64,000 nt of DNA from a virus. Where the stretch lies: IMG/VR virus record IMGVR_UViG_3300032240_001872, positions 15,750-79,749 of that record. The stretch is one strand, 5' to 3'. The notes under the pieces were generated by a model. It was given only the letters and a program-made list of their open reading frames with translations. It was not told the origin of the DNA and searched no databases. This document shows positions 1 through 9,937 of this stretch, one piece after another (the first letter of the stretch is position 1; every line of letters starts with the position of its first letter). Both the position numbers and the translations under genes were made by a program.

Positions 1-79
1 ATACTCTTTTATTGCTAACTGTACCTCTTCGTCAGATAAAAAATTTGGAATGACTTCAAACCCCTGTGTTCTAAATTGA

Positions 80-802
80 TCAGAGATCATACCGCCATCC
101 TCTAACAAAAGGAGGAGTATTTGCTTCAAGCTCCGGATCATAGGGATCCCCCGGAACAGCACCAATTGCCCTTGCATCTAAATCAAACAAAAATACCAGT
201 CTCCATTCTGAACTATAGTTATGGGCACTATGCTGTAGTTGGTTGTTAAACGCAAACAAATCAGTCCATTCAACTTCATTTCCGTAGACTTCTAAAAAGA
301 TATCGCCTTTGGGAATTATTAACGGTATATGTACTCTAATAAATTTTCCATCTCTGTTTTCTGGGCCAGTATGTCTTTGTAAAATTGTATAAGGCCCAAT
401 TAAACTATAATTCATTATAGGGCATATATCGTTGTATTTTTTTAACATGTTTGTAGCTGTTGGAAATTTTTTGTAATCTTCCTCGCTATGGGCATACATT
501 CTATTTCCGTATCCGTCGTCAAATCTAAACTGTTTAACCATCCAACCTTTTGGATTGGGGCTCCACTTTTTAGTCGTAGGATCTCTTGATACTAGATACT
601 TGTTTTTTGATGTTTCATAATCATTGCTTACACCAGTATACTCTTCTTCCATTACAGGTTGACAATGTACATCGCGAGCATCTTCTAGGCTGGCAAATCC
701 TGCCATGAAATCGTCAAGCAACCCCTGTTGATTGGCCATAATTTCGTCTGCGATTGGGATTTCACTTCTGGTATAAAGTGCTTTAGGAACGTGTTTTGAC
801 AT
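80..802 (-). CDS. Asp/Asn beta-hydroxylase-like 2OG-Fe(II) oxygenase
   Basis: RHTGPEN...IRVHIPLIIP...FNNQLQHSAHN..RLVFLFD matches the AspH-like double-stranded beta-helix fold pattern. Confidence 0.75.
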   Translation of the reverse strand: MSKHVPKALYTRSEIPIADEIMANQQGLLDDFMAGFASLEDARDVHCQPVMEEEYTGVSNDYETSKNKYLVSRDPTTKKWSPNPKGWMVKQFRFDDGYGNRMYAHSEEDYKKFPTATNMLKKYNDICPIMNYSLIGPYTILQRHTGPENRDGKFIRVHIPLIIPKGDIFLEVYGNEVEWTDLFAFNNQLQHSAHNYSSEWRLVFLFDLDARAIGAVPGDPYDPELEANTPPFVRGWRYDL

Positions 803-860
803 TTTTTTCGCTTGCCTCTTATTCTACTAAATATGTTATAGGTATTTATTGTAGCATATA

Positions 861-1187
861 ATGATCATTTTAACATCTGACGCAGTCAAAAAAGTATCAC
901 AAAACCTGGCCAAACGTGGTAAGGGGGTTGGTATTAGGATAGGTGTTAAAACCACCGGATGCAGTGGATTGGCTTATGTACTGGAATACGTAGACGAATA
1001 CAGATCTGAAGTAGGAGTCACAAATTATGCATACCAAGATTTTGTAGTGTTGGTTAGTGCAAAGGATGAACCTTACTTAAAAGGATTAACAATGGATTGG
1101 GTACGCAACGGACTAAATGAAGGATTTGAATTTAATAATCCAAATGAAAGGGATCGTTGCGGATGCGGAGAAAGTTTTAGGGTTTAA
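861..1187 (+). CDS. iscA: Fe-S cluster assembly A-type carrier (IscA/HesB family)
   Basis: TTGCSGLAY and C-terminal CGCGESF motifs; 108 aa. Confidence 0.95.
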   Translation: MIILTSDAVKKVSQNLAKRGKGVGIRIGVKTTGCSGLAYVLEYVDEYRSEVGVTNYAYQDFVVLVSAKDEPYLKGLTMDWVRNGLNEGFEFNNPNERDRCGCGESFRV

Positions 1188-1193
1188 AAATAT

Positions 1194-2105
1194 ATGGCAA
1201 CCAGCAAAGTAGTAGCACTTAGTTACAACAATATTCAATCAAAGATAGGGGCAATATTAGGGCCACCTAGTCCGTCTGTATTGGATCTTGGTTATAATCT
1301 TACTGTAAGTAGCGTACAAGTTCAGCCTGGTAAAAGAGTCTACGGCCAAGATGCCAACTTGATGATCGGCGACTTAAACACTATTTTTACTCATCAAACC
1401 ACATTAGATTCTGGTCTAACTACATTTAGTCAAGGTCAACTAATCAAAACAGGAGACCTTACACCGCTATCTTCAAAAACAGATACTGCATACGCCAATC
1501 GTAACACAGTTGGTCTTGCAAATTTATCTCAAATAAATTCAGATTCATACAGCGACGGAACTACATGGTCGGCGTATAGGATACACACCGTAACACTAGA
1601 TTGGGGCAGTAATGCTGAATTCCGTGGTTGGGGTAATTTAGGTGGTTTCATAACTATTGGTGCAGGTTTCCAAGGAGGCAGCGGCACACTTCAAACAAAT
1701 TCTTGGAGCCAGCTGTTGCAATCTACGGGAGTGGTGGTTCTTGGAAATGTAGCGGCAACACAAGAAAATCAAACACGTAACGGCAGTTTTCCAAATGGCG
1801 GGCTATATAATATCTTGCAAAACGGCCAACAAGGTGCTAATGCAGGTACCGCTTTTAAAATCTTAGCCACAGACGCAAACTATACAGGTAACTTGTATAA
1901 AATAACAATAACACCATACGGTGGTGCTGATGCATTTAACTGCAAGGGATTTACAATAACAGCAACAATGACAGATCCTCATACTTCTCCACCTAAGGCA
2001 AAAAATTCAGATTTCATTGATGCAGATTTTACATGGACCGTTAACACCTATTATGCGTTTAACAAATCCCCCACTGCATCTAACGTTACTAACAGTATAT
2101 CGTAA
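1194..2105 (+). CDS. putative virion structural protein (paralog family with 2115-2999 and the C-terminus of 3008-7366)
   Basis: G/S/T/N-rich; shares N-IQS-I-AILG-P, FxxW(G)NxGG, WxxLL and DxNYT motifs with its neighbours. Confidence 0.55.
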   Translation: MATSKVVALSYNNIQSKIGAILGPPSPSVLDLGYNLTVSSVQVQPGKRVYGQDANLMIGDLNTIFTHQTTLDSGLTTFSQGQLIKTGDLTPLSSKTDTAYANRNTVGLANLSQINSDSYSDGTTWSAYRIHTVTLDWGSNAEFRGWGNLGGFITIGAGFQGGSGTLQTNSWSQLLQSTGVVVLGNVAATQENQTRNGSFPNGGLYNILQNGQQGANAGTAFKILATDANYTGNLYKITITPYGGADAFNCKGFTITATMTDPHTSPPKAKNSDFIDADFTWTVNTYYAFNKSPTASNVTNSIS

Positions 2106-2114
2106 GGAAATAAT

Positions 2115-2999
2115 ATGGGAAAAATATACGCATCAGATTGGAATCCTATTCAATCTTCTATAGCTAATATTATGGGAGCTCCGAGCGGAACTGCTTACGG
2201 ATGGAACAAAGCATCTAGTGTAACAAGTGCGCAGGTTAACAGCACACAGCAGATTAATCATACTCACTATAACGTTCTTAAAGACGATATTAATTTTTGT
2301 TATACACATATTACGGGATCAAATTCTTCATTACCTATTAGAAATGCAGGAACACAAATAACCCAAGCTGATTTAACCAACGTCGCTGCCGCCCAATCTT
2401 ACATTAGCACAAATAAAACCACGGCCGCCTCCTCACAACTGACTACATCTAACATATTCAGTAACACCCAGGCATACACATGGACATCTTCATTGGGAGC
2501 CACGTATACATGGTCTTGGGCAAATGCTACCCAGTTTAACGCTTTTTGGAATGCTGGTGGACAAATTTATTGGAACACATCTAGATATGCAGGTTCATCA
2601 ACACCACAGAATCAAGGCTGGACGAATCTCTTGGCCAATTCGGGATTTATCTATATTACAGCAACAGCCTCGGGTCAAGTAGGTGCTACTTGGGCAGGAA
2701 CTGTTTATAATACTAACGGTATAGGCGGCTTTTCAACCGTGCCGTCAATATTTACAAAGGTATATGATCAGGATTTAAATTATACCAATAATTATTATCA
2801 AACTGAAGTATGGTTAGATGCCCAAGCTGGTAATGGAGCCACAACAATGAATTTGAAGATATCTCTAATCGATACCCACGTGGGAACTGCTGGAGGCCCC
2901 GATGAAATTGATGGTAACGTTGCATTAACTATAACTCAAAAATATCCATATACATGGGCGGCTGGTGCGGCCACTTCCAGCAACGGCTTCTTGACCTAA
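2115..2999 (+). CDS. putative virion structural protein
   Basis: SD AAGGA upstream; S/T/N/G-rich; FNAFWNAGG and GWTNLL motifs shared with paralogs. Confidence 0.55.
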   Translation: MGKIYASDWNPIQSSIANIMGAPSGTAYGWNKASSVTSAQVNSTQQINHTHYNVLKDDINFCYTHITGSNSSLPIRNAGTQITQADLTNVAAAQSYISTNKTTAASSQLTTSNIFSNTQAYTWTSSLGATYTWSWANATQFNAFWNAGGQIYWNTSRYAGSSTPQNQGWTNLLANSGFIYITATASGQVGATWAGTVYNTNGIGGFSTVPSIFTKVYDQDLNYTNNYYQTEVWLDAQAGNGATTMNLKISLIDTHVGTAGGPDEIDGNVALTITQKYPYTWAAGAATSSNGFLT

Positions 3000-3007
3000 G
3001 GAATAAC

Positions 3008-6000
3008 ATGAACGAATTAATTGAATACATTGTAATTGTACACAACATTGAAGACAAGCCGGCACTACACGACGAAATTATAAATTCCGGCGGTAGCGAA
3101 TGCGTGCCTGATCGAGCTGTTGATTGCTGTTTAAATCCAACTGCCAGTCGTTCCACTCATTACATGATGACTGAAGCAGAAGCTGAATTATTAAGGCAAG
3201 ATCCAAGGGTGTGGGAAATAACTAGAACCATGAAGGATTTAGGAATCGAAGCTGTACCTGCTGGCGGTTACACACAAACTTCTAATTTATGGAGTAGAGG
3301 TTATACAACTGCTCAAGGAGACAACAATTGGGGCATCTTAAGGGCAGTGGAAGGTGTTCAAAGATTTCAGTGGGGAAGTGACAGTCCTCAACAATTATTC
3401 GATGTATCAGCAACTGTGAATATTCCATTTAGCGGCACTAACGTTGACGTAGTAATTGTAGATGGCCACGCTGATCCGGCGCACCCAGAGTACGCGGTTA
3501 ACTCGGATGGTAGTGGTGGGAGTCGGTATAATCAATTTAACTGGTTAAGTCTTAGTAACGGACTTTGGGGATCGACTAACGGCAATTACATATACACCCC
3601 ATATCGTCAATCCCAAGGAGCGACCGTGGCCTTAGAATCCAACAATATGCACGGTTCTCACGTCGCTGGCATTGCATGTGGTAATACTAACGGTTGGGCA
3701 AGGAGCGCCAACATCTACAACATATATCCATATGGCAATGATAGCAATGCTTTTAACTTTACCACTAATCAGTTTATTAACGGATACTTTTTTGAGTACA
3801 TAAAATATTGGCACCAGAACAAGGCGGTTAACCCTGCGACTGGTACTAGAAATCCGACCATTATAAACAACAGTTGGGTCATTCAAAAAGTTATTGATAT
3901 ATCTACTATCAGTTCGGTTACCTACAGAGGAATTACTTACACAGCACCGTCGGGCGGATTTAGTGTAGCTACCCTTAATGGTTATGGTTTTCCAACTTAT
4001 AGTAATACTCAGGTTAGAATACTATACCGATATCCTGCATATGAATCACAATTACAAGACTGTATTAATGCAGGAATCATAGTAGTCAGTGCCGCTGGTA
4101 ATTATTCTACAAAGATAGCCAGAGACGATCAATCTACAACTGATCCTGATTATAATAATAGTCTTGTAACTTCTGGAACGACATATTACTATAATAGAGG
4201 AACATTTACTACAGTTTCTAATGGTATTGTAGTTGGTGCTCTAAGTTCTTCCTACATTGATATCAAATCAGGATATTCTGAAACAGGTCCTAGAATCGAT
4301 GTATGGTCTCCTGGTTCTTACATTACAAGCTCAGTTTTTAATAATACCACCTACAGCGGCGCTGTTGCTGACACTAGAAATAGCAATTACTATCAGGTTA
4401 AGATTAACGGAACATCAATGGCAAGCCCGCAGGTCACAGGACTGTTAGCATGTTTGTTAGAGTTATTCCCAACAACTACTCAAGCAGATGCACAACAGTA
4501 CTTAATCGACCACGGTAAAGAAGGCACTATGCAGGACGGCGGTTATAACGTTGTCAACCCGCTATACGACACCGGACTACTTCAAGGTGCACCAAATAGA
4601 ACCTTGTATGCATATTGGCCGCCTGCGCCTACTGCAACTGTGGCATTGCCTTCAACAACTATCAAAACAGACACTGTGGCAAAATTTACTCCCGTAGTAG
4701 GATCAGGCGGAGTAGGACAATTGGTTTATACCATCAGTCCTGCTCTGCCCTTAAGTTCCTTAGATGGTACTGCACAATGTTGGATTGAAGCAATAGCCGG
4801 AAGAACTGATGTAGCCTACTTTCATTTAGTATCTGCAACGCCAGTCGATAACTTTAAAGTAGGAGACGGAATCTTTGGAGCAGGGATAACAGATGGTTCA
4901 GTGTTACAATTTCCAACAGATTCAGGCAAGCTAACCTGGACCATCTCGCCAGGTTATACTTCTAACGTAGGTAGTGCTGGTAGTCCAGTTTACTTTGATA
5001 CAGGCTTACATATTAATAATAAGACTGGCGAAATTACAGGAAGAACTGTGAGAACTCAAGTGTCGACTACTTATACTGTTACAGTTACAGGAGGAGGCGT
5101 GTCAGCGACTGCACAGTTTTCTTTAGCGATCACTCCAGGTTCGTCATATGGTATCACACGTAATGTAGCCTACGGATCTGATGCGATACAACAATGTGAC
5201 TTCTGGGAAGTGCAGAGTGGTACCCCAAAAGGAGTTATCGTTTGGGTTCACGGTGGCGGATGGGTAGGGGGTGCCAAAGGACCTGTCGGGTTTACAACAA
5301 GTCAGGGGGGCAACTGGATTAATGATGAAGATCAAATAAGACAACTGGTACAGAAAGGCTATTATGTTGTTAACTGCAATTATCGATTGGCTACAACTGA
5401 TACTAATTATATTCCTACAGGTGGTAGTAGTACCGCTAACTATCATCCAGCCGGCGCTGATGATATCGAAACTATCATAAGATTTTGTACGACCGCCAAC
5501 GCCGGGTCTAGTTATAGTTCAGTATGGAATACAATTTCAGCTAGAGCCAACACCTATGGACTCATCATTGCTGGAGAAAGTGCAGGCGGACACTTGGTAG
5601 CTTATGCTGGTATGAAGTATATCAATGATTACGGACAAGGTCCTATCACTGCTATTTGCCCAGTAGTAGGTCCTATGGATTTAGACCATGTAACACTGGA
5701 AAATATTGGGCCAACGAACATAACTCAGACTGCTAAGGATATAGTTAATAATTATGTAAACGCTGTTAATAATAGTACAGCGTTACAAGCGGCTTCACCT
5801 AGATACAAGTATGGATCTCTGGCAAGTCCTGGACCATGGCGTACTGCTGTAAAAAATTCTGGTGTGAAATTTATTTTTGTAAACAACATCAATGATACAT
5901 TAGTTCCGTCAATTCTCACTGACAATTTCATTAACACTCTACAATCAGAATTAGGAAATAATAGAGTTAAGTATATCAAACTAGATGAAGGTGGCGATTG

Positions 6001-7366
6001 GGCGGCGGCCAATATTGCATATCCCAATCATAATTTAACCAGCGCGATTTCAACTATTGCAGAAACAGTAGCGGCGCTTGGTAATATAATAACGCCGTCA
6101 GTATTAGTTACATCAAAAATCATCACAGCAGGACAAGCGACATCATTTACTCCAGTAACCTTCGTTGGCGGTGCAGGAACTGTCACGTATAGCATAAACC
6201 CAAGTCTTCCAGCAGGGATGAGTTTTAATACCTCCAATGGTGCTATTACTGGAACACCTAGTGCGTTTTCACAAACCACTACATATACAGTTACAGGAAC
6301 GGATTCGGCCAGTAATACAGCATCTGGTACGTTTACCTTATTGGTTCAGTCCGCGCCGTCAGTAGGCGGAACAACTCCAGTGAATCATAACGATTGGAAC
6401 GCATTACACAACAAAGTTGCAACGGTGCTTGGAGCCCCTGATGGTTCCATAGTCGACTTAGGGTGGAATCAGGGTATTATAAGCGGTATCGTAAATACCA
6501 ATGACACGATCACCGGTATTGAATACGATCAGATTGCTCAAGACGTTGACGTTTGCTATCAACACATTGCCAATACAAGATATCAACCTCCATCTAGAGT
6601 ACCAGTTACTGAAAAGTATCATGTTACACAGTCAGACTATACAGGTCTAAGTGCGGCTGTTGACTACTGTTATGCAAATAGAACTACAGTTTCTCCGACC
6701 AAATTAACTGCATCTTCATGGACTGCACATAGCGGTAATATAACATGGACTTTGATCCATGGATTTGGTTATCAGATTGATTTCGCAGATAATGCCGCCT
6801 TTAGAAGTTTTTGGAACGCGGGCGGGACTATATCTTGGAATTTTGGATTCGTTCCCACAGCATCTCCTCCATTCGCTCCTATTAATCAAAATTGGGTAGA
6901 TTTGTTAAGTGGTATTGGTACCTTTACACTTTCTAGAAATTCTTTTACTCAAACTGGGCAAGTTACCGGTTATAATGCTACTATATATTCGAACGTGTCT
7001 TCCGGAGTCTATGGCGGAAATATGTTAGTAAATCCAGACCCAATATCCAATCCTGGAACAGCATTGTCTATGAAATGTTTTGGTGGCGACCCAAATTATA
7101 CCAGTAGTTATATAGAAATGTGGCTCGGTCTGGATAGTAGTAATTTGCTTGCCGCGAAATCTATTTGGGTCGTTTCTGCAGTAGTTACTGCCCACACTGG
7201 ATTAGGTGGCTCTAATAACTACACCTCTGATGGTAATTTAAGCCTATCACAAACCACTAGATATCCATTCAATATTCAACAGGTTGGTCAGAGCCATGCG
7301 TATAATTACACTGACGGCGTCAGAACTAACGCTCTAAGCTACCCAGGAATACAGCCGTCATTTTAA
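3008..7366 (+). CDS. multidomain protein: S8 subtilase + Ig-like + alpha/beta-hydrolase (esterase) + Ig-like + structural domain
   Basis: Start reassigned to ATG 3008 after SD AAGGA. S8 residues: VVIVDG, HGSHVAG, SAAGN, GTSMASPQV. Esterase motifs HGGGW and GESAGG. Putative Ig repeats (LPAGMSFNTSNGAITGTP). C-terminal FRSFWNAGG domain. Confidence 0.85.
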   Translation: MNELIEYIVIVHNIEDKPALHDEIINSGGSECVPDRAVDCCLNPTASRSTHYMMTEAEAELLRQDPRVWEITRTMKDLGIEAVPAGGYTQTSNLWSRGYTTAQGDNNWGILRAVEGVQRFQWGSDSPQQLFDVSATVNIPFSGTNVDVVIVDGHADPAHPEYAVNSDGSGGSRYNQFNWLSLSNGLWGSTNGNYIYTPYRQSQGATVALESNNMHGSHVAGIACGNTNGWARSANIYNIYPYGNDSNAFNFTTNQFINGYFFEYIKYWHQNKAVNPATGTRNPTIINNSWVIQKVIDISTISSVTYRGITYTAPSGGFSVATLNGYGFPTYSNTQVRILYRYPAYESQLQDCINAGIIVVSAAGNYSTKIARDDQSTTDPDYNNSLVTSGTTYYYNRGTFTTVSNGIVVGALSSSYIDIKSGYSETGPRIDVWSPGSYITSSVFNNTTYSGAVADTRNSNYYQVKINGTSMASPQVTGLLACLLELFPTTTQADAQQYLIDHGKEGTMQDGGYNVVNPLYDTGLLQGAPNRTLYAYWPPAPTATVALPSTTIKTDTVAKFTPVVGSGGVGQLVYTISPALPLSSLDGTAQCWIEAIAGRTDVAYFHLVSATPVDNFKVGDGIFGAGITDGSVLQFPTDSGKLTWTISPGYTSNVGSAGSPVYFDTGLHINNKTGEITGRTVRTQVSTTYTVTVTGGGVSATAQFSLAITPGSSYGITRNVAYGSDAIQQCDFWEVQSGTPKGVIVWVHGGGWVGGAKGPVGFTTSQGGNWINDEDQIRQLVQKGYYVVNCNYRLATTDTNYIPTGGSSTANYHPAGADDIETIIRFCTTANAGSSYSSVWNTISARANTYGLIIAGESAGGHLVAYAGMKYINDYGQGPITAICPVVGPMDLDHVTLENIGPTNITQTAKDIVNNYVNAVNNSTALQAASPRYKYGSLASPGPWRTAVKNSGVKFIFVNNINDTLVPSILTDNFINTLQSELGNNRVKYIKLDEGGDWAAANIAYPNHNLTSAISTIAETVAALGNIITPSVLVTSKIITAGQATSFTPVTFVGGAGTVTYSINPSLPAGMSFNTSNGAITGTPSAFSQTTTYTVTGTDSASNTASGTFTLLVQSAPSVGGTTPVNHNDWNALHNKVATVLGAPDGSIVDLGWNQGIISGIVNTNDTITGIEYDQIAQDVDVCYQHIANTRYQPPSRVPVTEKYHVTQSDYTGLSAAVDYCYANRTTVSPTKLTASSWTAHSGNITWTLIHGFGYQIDFADNAAFRSFWNAGGTISWNFGFVPTASPPFAPINQNWVDLLSGIGTFTLSRNSFTQTGQVTGYNATIYSNVSSGVYGGNMLVNPDPISNPGTALSMKCFGGDPNYTSSYIEMWLGLDSSNLLAAKSIWVVSAVVTAHTGLGGSNNYTSDGNLSLSQTTRYPFNIQQVGQSHAYNYTDGVRTNALSYPGIQPSF

Positions 7367-7379
7367 TTAAAGGCGCAAA

Positions 7380-7721
7380 ATGGATGAAAGATTAGTCAAG
7401 GCATTAGAACATGCTGATTATCGACAGACTCTTGGTATTGAAAGACAGCGGTTAAAAGACAAAGCTCACGCAGATCTTATCATAGGCTACAATGGTGGCA
7501 TGTTTACTGTTGATCGAACACTTATTGGATTTGTAACAGCTATCAAAGAATACGGATCTGCTGTTATTTTAGATGACAACGGATATCCAGTTGAAATTGA
7601 AGACCTAGATGAATTCCAAGCAAGGGTAGTTGGTACATATTTTGAAGTTACCAACAAATACCTAACAGACTATAACGAAATCAAACAAAAAAGATCTGCG
7701 GCAAAATTGGTGGATTTATGA
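7380..7721 (+). CDS. hypothetical phage protein
   Basis: 113-aa ORF with SD-like AAGG; overlaps the next gene (ATGA). Confidence 0.7.
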   Translation: MDERLVKALEHADYRQTLGIERQRLKDKAHADLIIGYNGGMFTVDRTLIGFVTAIKEYGSAVILDDNGYPVEIEDLDEFQARVVGTYFEVTNKYLTDYNEIKQKRSAAKLVDL

Positions 7722-8548
7722 ACCAAGGTTGTTGTATATTTGCCTACGACGGCGATATAGCCTACGGCACTCAAGCGGCTCTGTCAGCTCGGTTAGTTAA
7801 GAAATATCTTAATATACCTGTTAGTCTTATAACAGATGAAGATACTTCGAAGCGGGTTGATCACAGTATTTTTGATCAAATCATTATAACTGAAATAGAA
7901 GACACAGGTAACTCACGTATGCTGTCCGGAGAAGCCATTGCTTTTAAAAACACCAACAGAAATAAAATCTACGATCTTACTCCGTATGATCGTACACTAT
8001 TAATCGACAGTGATTTTTTAGTATTCAGTAATCGTCTAAAAGATTATTTAGATAGTGGTTACAATTTTATGATATGCGAAAACATGAAAGATCTATGCCC
8101 CAATAGACCCGGAAGTAAAGTCACGTTCGGTCCAGCAAGTCTTCGCATGCTGTGGGCAACAAATATTATATTCAACAAAACTCCCGAAAATAAAATTCTT
8201 TTTGATCTAGTAGAACACATTCGCGAAAACTGGGAATGGTATGGAGTGCTTTATCATTTTGATACCAGGAGATTCCGTAACGACTATGCATTTACAGTAG
8301 CATGTCATATTATGGGAGGATTTGGCGCTGATCAATATTATATAGCCTTGCCTAGTCCCATATTGTTTAATGATCAAGATTCATTAGTTGGTAAGAAGGC
8401 CGTGGAAAAAATAATAGCTAAAAAAGATCTAACATGGATTGTTGGGGAGCAAAACATATTAGTTAAAACGCAAAATCAAGATATTCACATGATGAACAAA
8501 CTAGATTTACTGAAAAAAATAGATACATTTTTAAATTTATATGATTGA
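7718..8548 (+). CDS. nucleotide-diphospho-sugar transferase-like (GT-A fold)
   Basis: TPYDRTLLIDSDF DxD motif; paralog of the next gene. Confidence 0.65.
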   Translation: MNQGCCIFAYDGDIAYGTQAALSARLVKKYLNIPVSLITDEDTSKRVDHSIFDQIIITEIEDTGNSRMLSGEAIAFKNTNRNKIYDLTPYDRTLLIDSDFLVFSNRLKDYLDSGYNFMICENMKDLCPNRPGSKVTFGPASLRMLWATNIIFNKTPENKILFDLVEHIRENWEWYGVLYHFDTRRFRNDYAFTVACHIMGGFGADQYYIALPSPILFNDQDSLVGKKAVEKIIAKKDLTWIVGEQNILVKTQNQDIHMMNKLDLLKKIDTFLNLYD

Positions 8549-9401
8549 TAAACTTTTAGACAAAGGCTATTTTATGATAGCCAATAGTACCAAAGAAACC
8601 AACTATATAAGATTGGCCTATGTTACTGCGTTGACTATAAAATTGACTCAGCCAGACGGATATAATAATGTAAGCATAGCCACCACCCATGTACAAAATG
8701 CACAATCTTTAAAGTTGTCTTGGGTTTTTGATAGCATCATTGATTACGAAGGTCCTAAAGGTATGAACGCAAGATCACGTGCTTACGAACATACTCCTTA
8801 TAAAGAAACAGTATTCATTGATAGCGATTTCCTTTTCCTCAATGATGTGAGCCACTGGTGGCCGTACATGCAGAAACACGATTTATGGTGTGCTACTCGT
8901 CCTATGACATTCCGAGGTGAGACAATGACCAGCAAATATTATCGGCAAGCGTTTGTTGATAATAATTTACCAGATTTTTATTCGGGATGGCTCTATTTTA
9001 AACAGAGTAGGGAAACATCTAAATTTTGGGATATCATGCGAGCGTTAACTGACTACCCAGAAACATGGAAAGATCAATTAACTGGTTGCAATTTTGAAAG
9101 TATTCCTACAGACGAAGCATGCGCCCTAGCCGCCAAAATGTTAGACATAGTAGAAGACATGAGCGATCCTAAAATGCCGTTTCCTAGATTTACTCACATG
9201 AAACCAAAAAGTCAAGGGTTTGTCGATGGCGTTAATTGGCCGGACTACATTGCCTTTTATTATAACAAAGATTTTAATGTAAAAATAGGACCATATCATC
9301 AACAAGATATTTTGCATTATACCAAGAAAGATCTAATAAGCGATGGCTTGATTAACATGTTAGAGGAGAAAGTATGGAACAAGTACAAAGATATTATGTA
9401 A
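8541..9401 (+). CDS. nucleotide-diphospho-sugar transferase-like (GT-A fold)
   Basis: TPYKETVFIDSDF DxD motif; FTHMKP and LHYT. Confidence 0.65.
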   Translation: MIDKLLDKGYFMIANSTKETNYIRLAYVTALTIKLTQPDGYNNVSIATTHVQNAQSLKLSWVFDSIIDYEGPKGMNARSRAYEHTPYKETVFIDSDFLFLNDVSHWWPYMQKHDLWCATRPMTFRGETMTSKYYRQAFVDNNLPDFYSGWLYFKQSRETSKFWDIMRALTDYPETWKDQLTGCNFESIPTDEACALAAKMLDIVEDMSDPKMPFPRFTHMKPKSQGFVDGVNWPDYIAFYYNKDFNVKIGPYHQQDILHYTKKDLISDGLINMLEEKVWNKYKDIM

Positions 9402-9937
9402 AGTTTGATTCTTCTACATTAGAAATTAAGTCAATGGGGCAACATTATACAGAAGAGCCCGGATGTTCTATACTAGAGGTTGATTGGAATTTAATAAAAC
9501 CATTTTTTGTTGATTTTAAAAACCTATATGAGTTCTATCCTCTAATTGAAAATGAAAAAATTACAGGATTTAGACGTAAGCGCATGTTCATGAGTCAATT
9601 GGTTAAAAATGACGACTTAGAAACAGTTAAATCCTTAAGACCTTATGAAAATTTTATTGCAGACTGTGCAATAATAGCTTTGCTAGATAACAACGTTTTA
9701 AAATTGCATTACGATAAAGATCATTTTGACAGTCTTACCAATCAAGAAAATATTGAAAGATTGACATTAGTTAAAGGAGTAATGTATAATATACATATTA
9801 CAGAAAAGGGTAATCCTTATTGTTTGTATGACTGTCAAGAAATACAAGTAGACGACTTAATAGAAGGAATACCAATTTTATTACCATATACAGGGCCAAC
9901 ACCTATTTCAGTTTATGTCTCTACTAAAAATCAATGA
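9374..9937 (+). CDS. hypothetical protein
   Basis: 187-aa ORF with SD GAGGAG, in operon context. Confidence 0.65.
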   Translation: MEQVQRYYVKFDSSTLEIKSMGQHYTEEPGCSILEVDWNLIKPFFVDFKNLYEFYPLIENEKITGFRRKRMFMSQLVKNDDLETVKSLRPYENFIADCAIIALLDNNVLKLHYDKDHFDSLTNQENIERLTLVKGVMYNIHITEKGNPYCLYDCQEIQVDDLIEGIPILLPYTGPTPISVYVSTKNQ

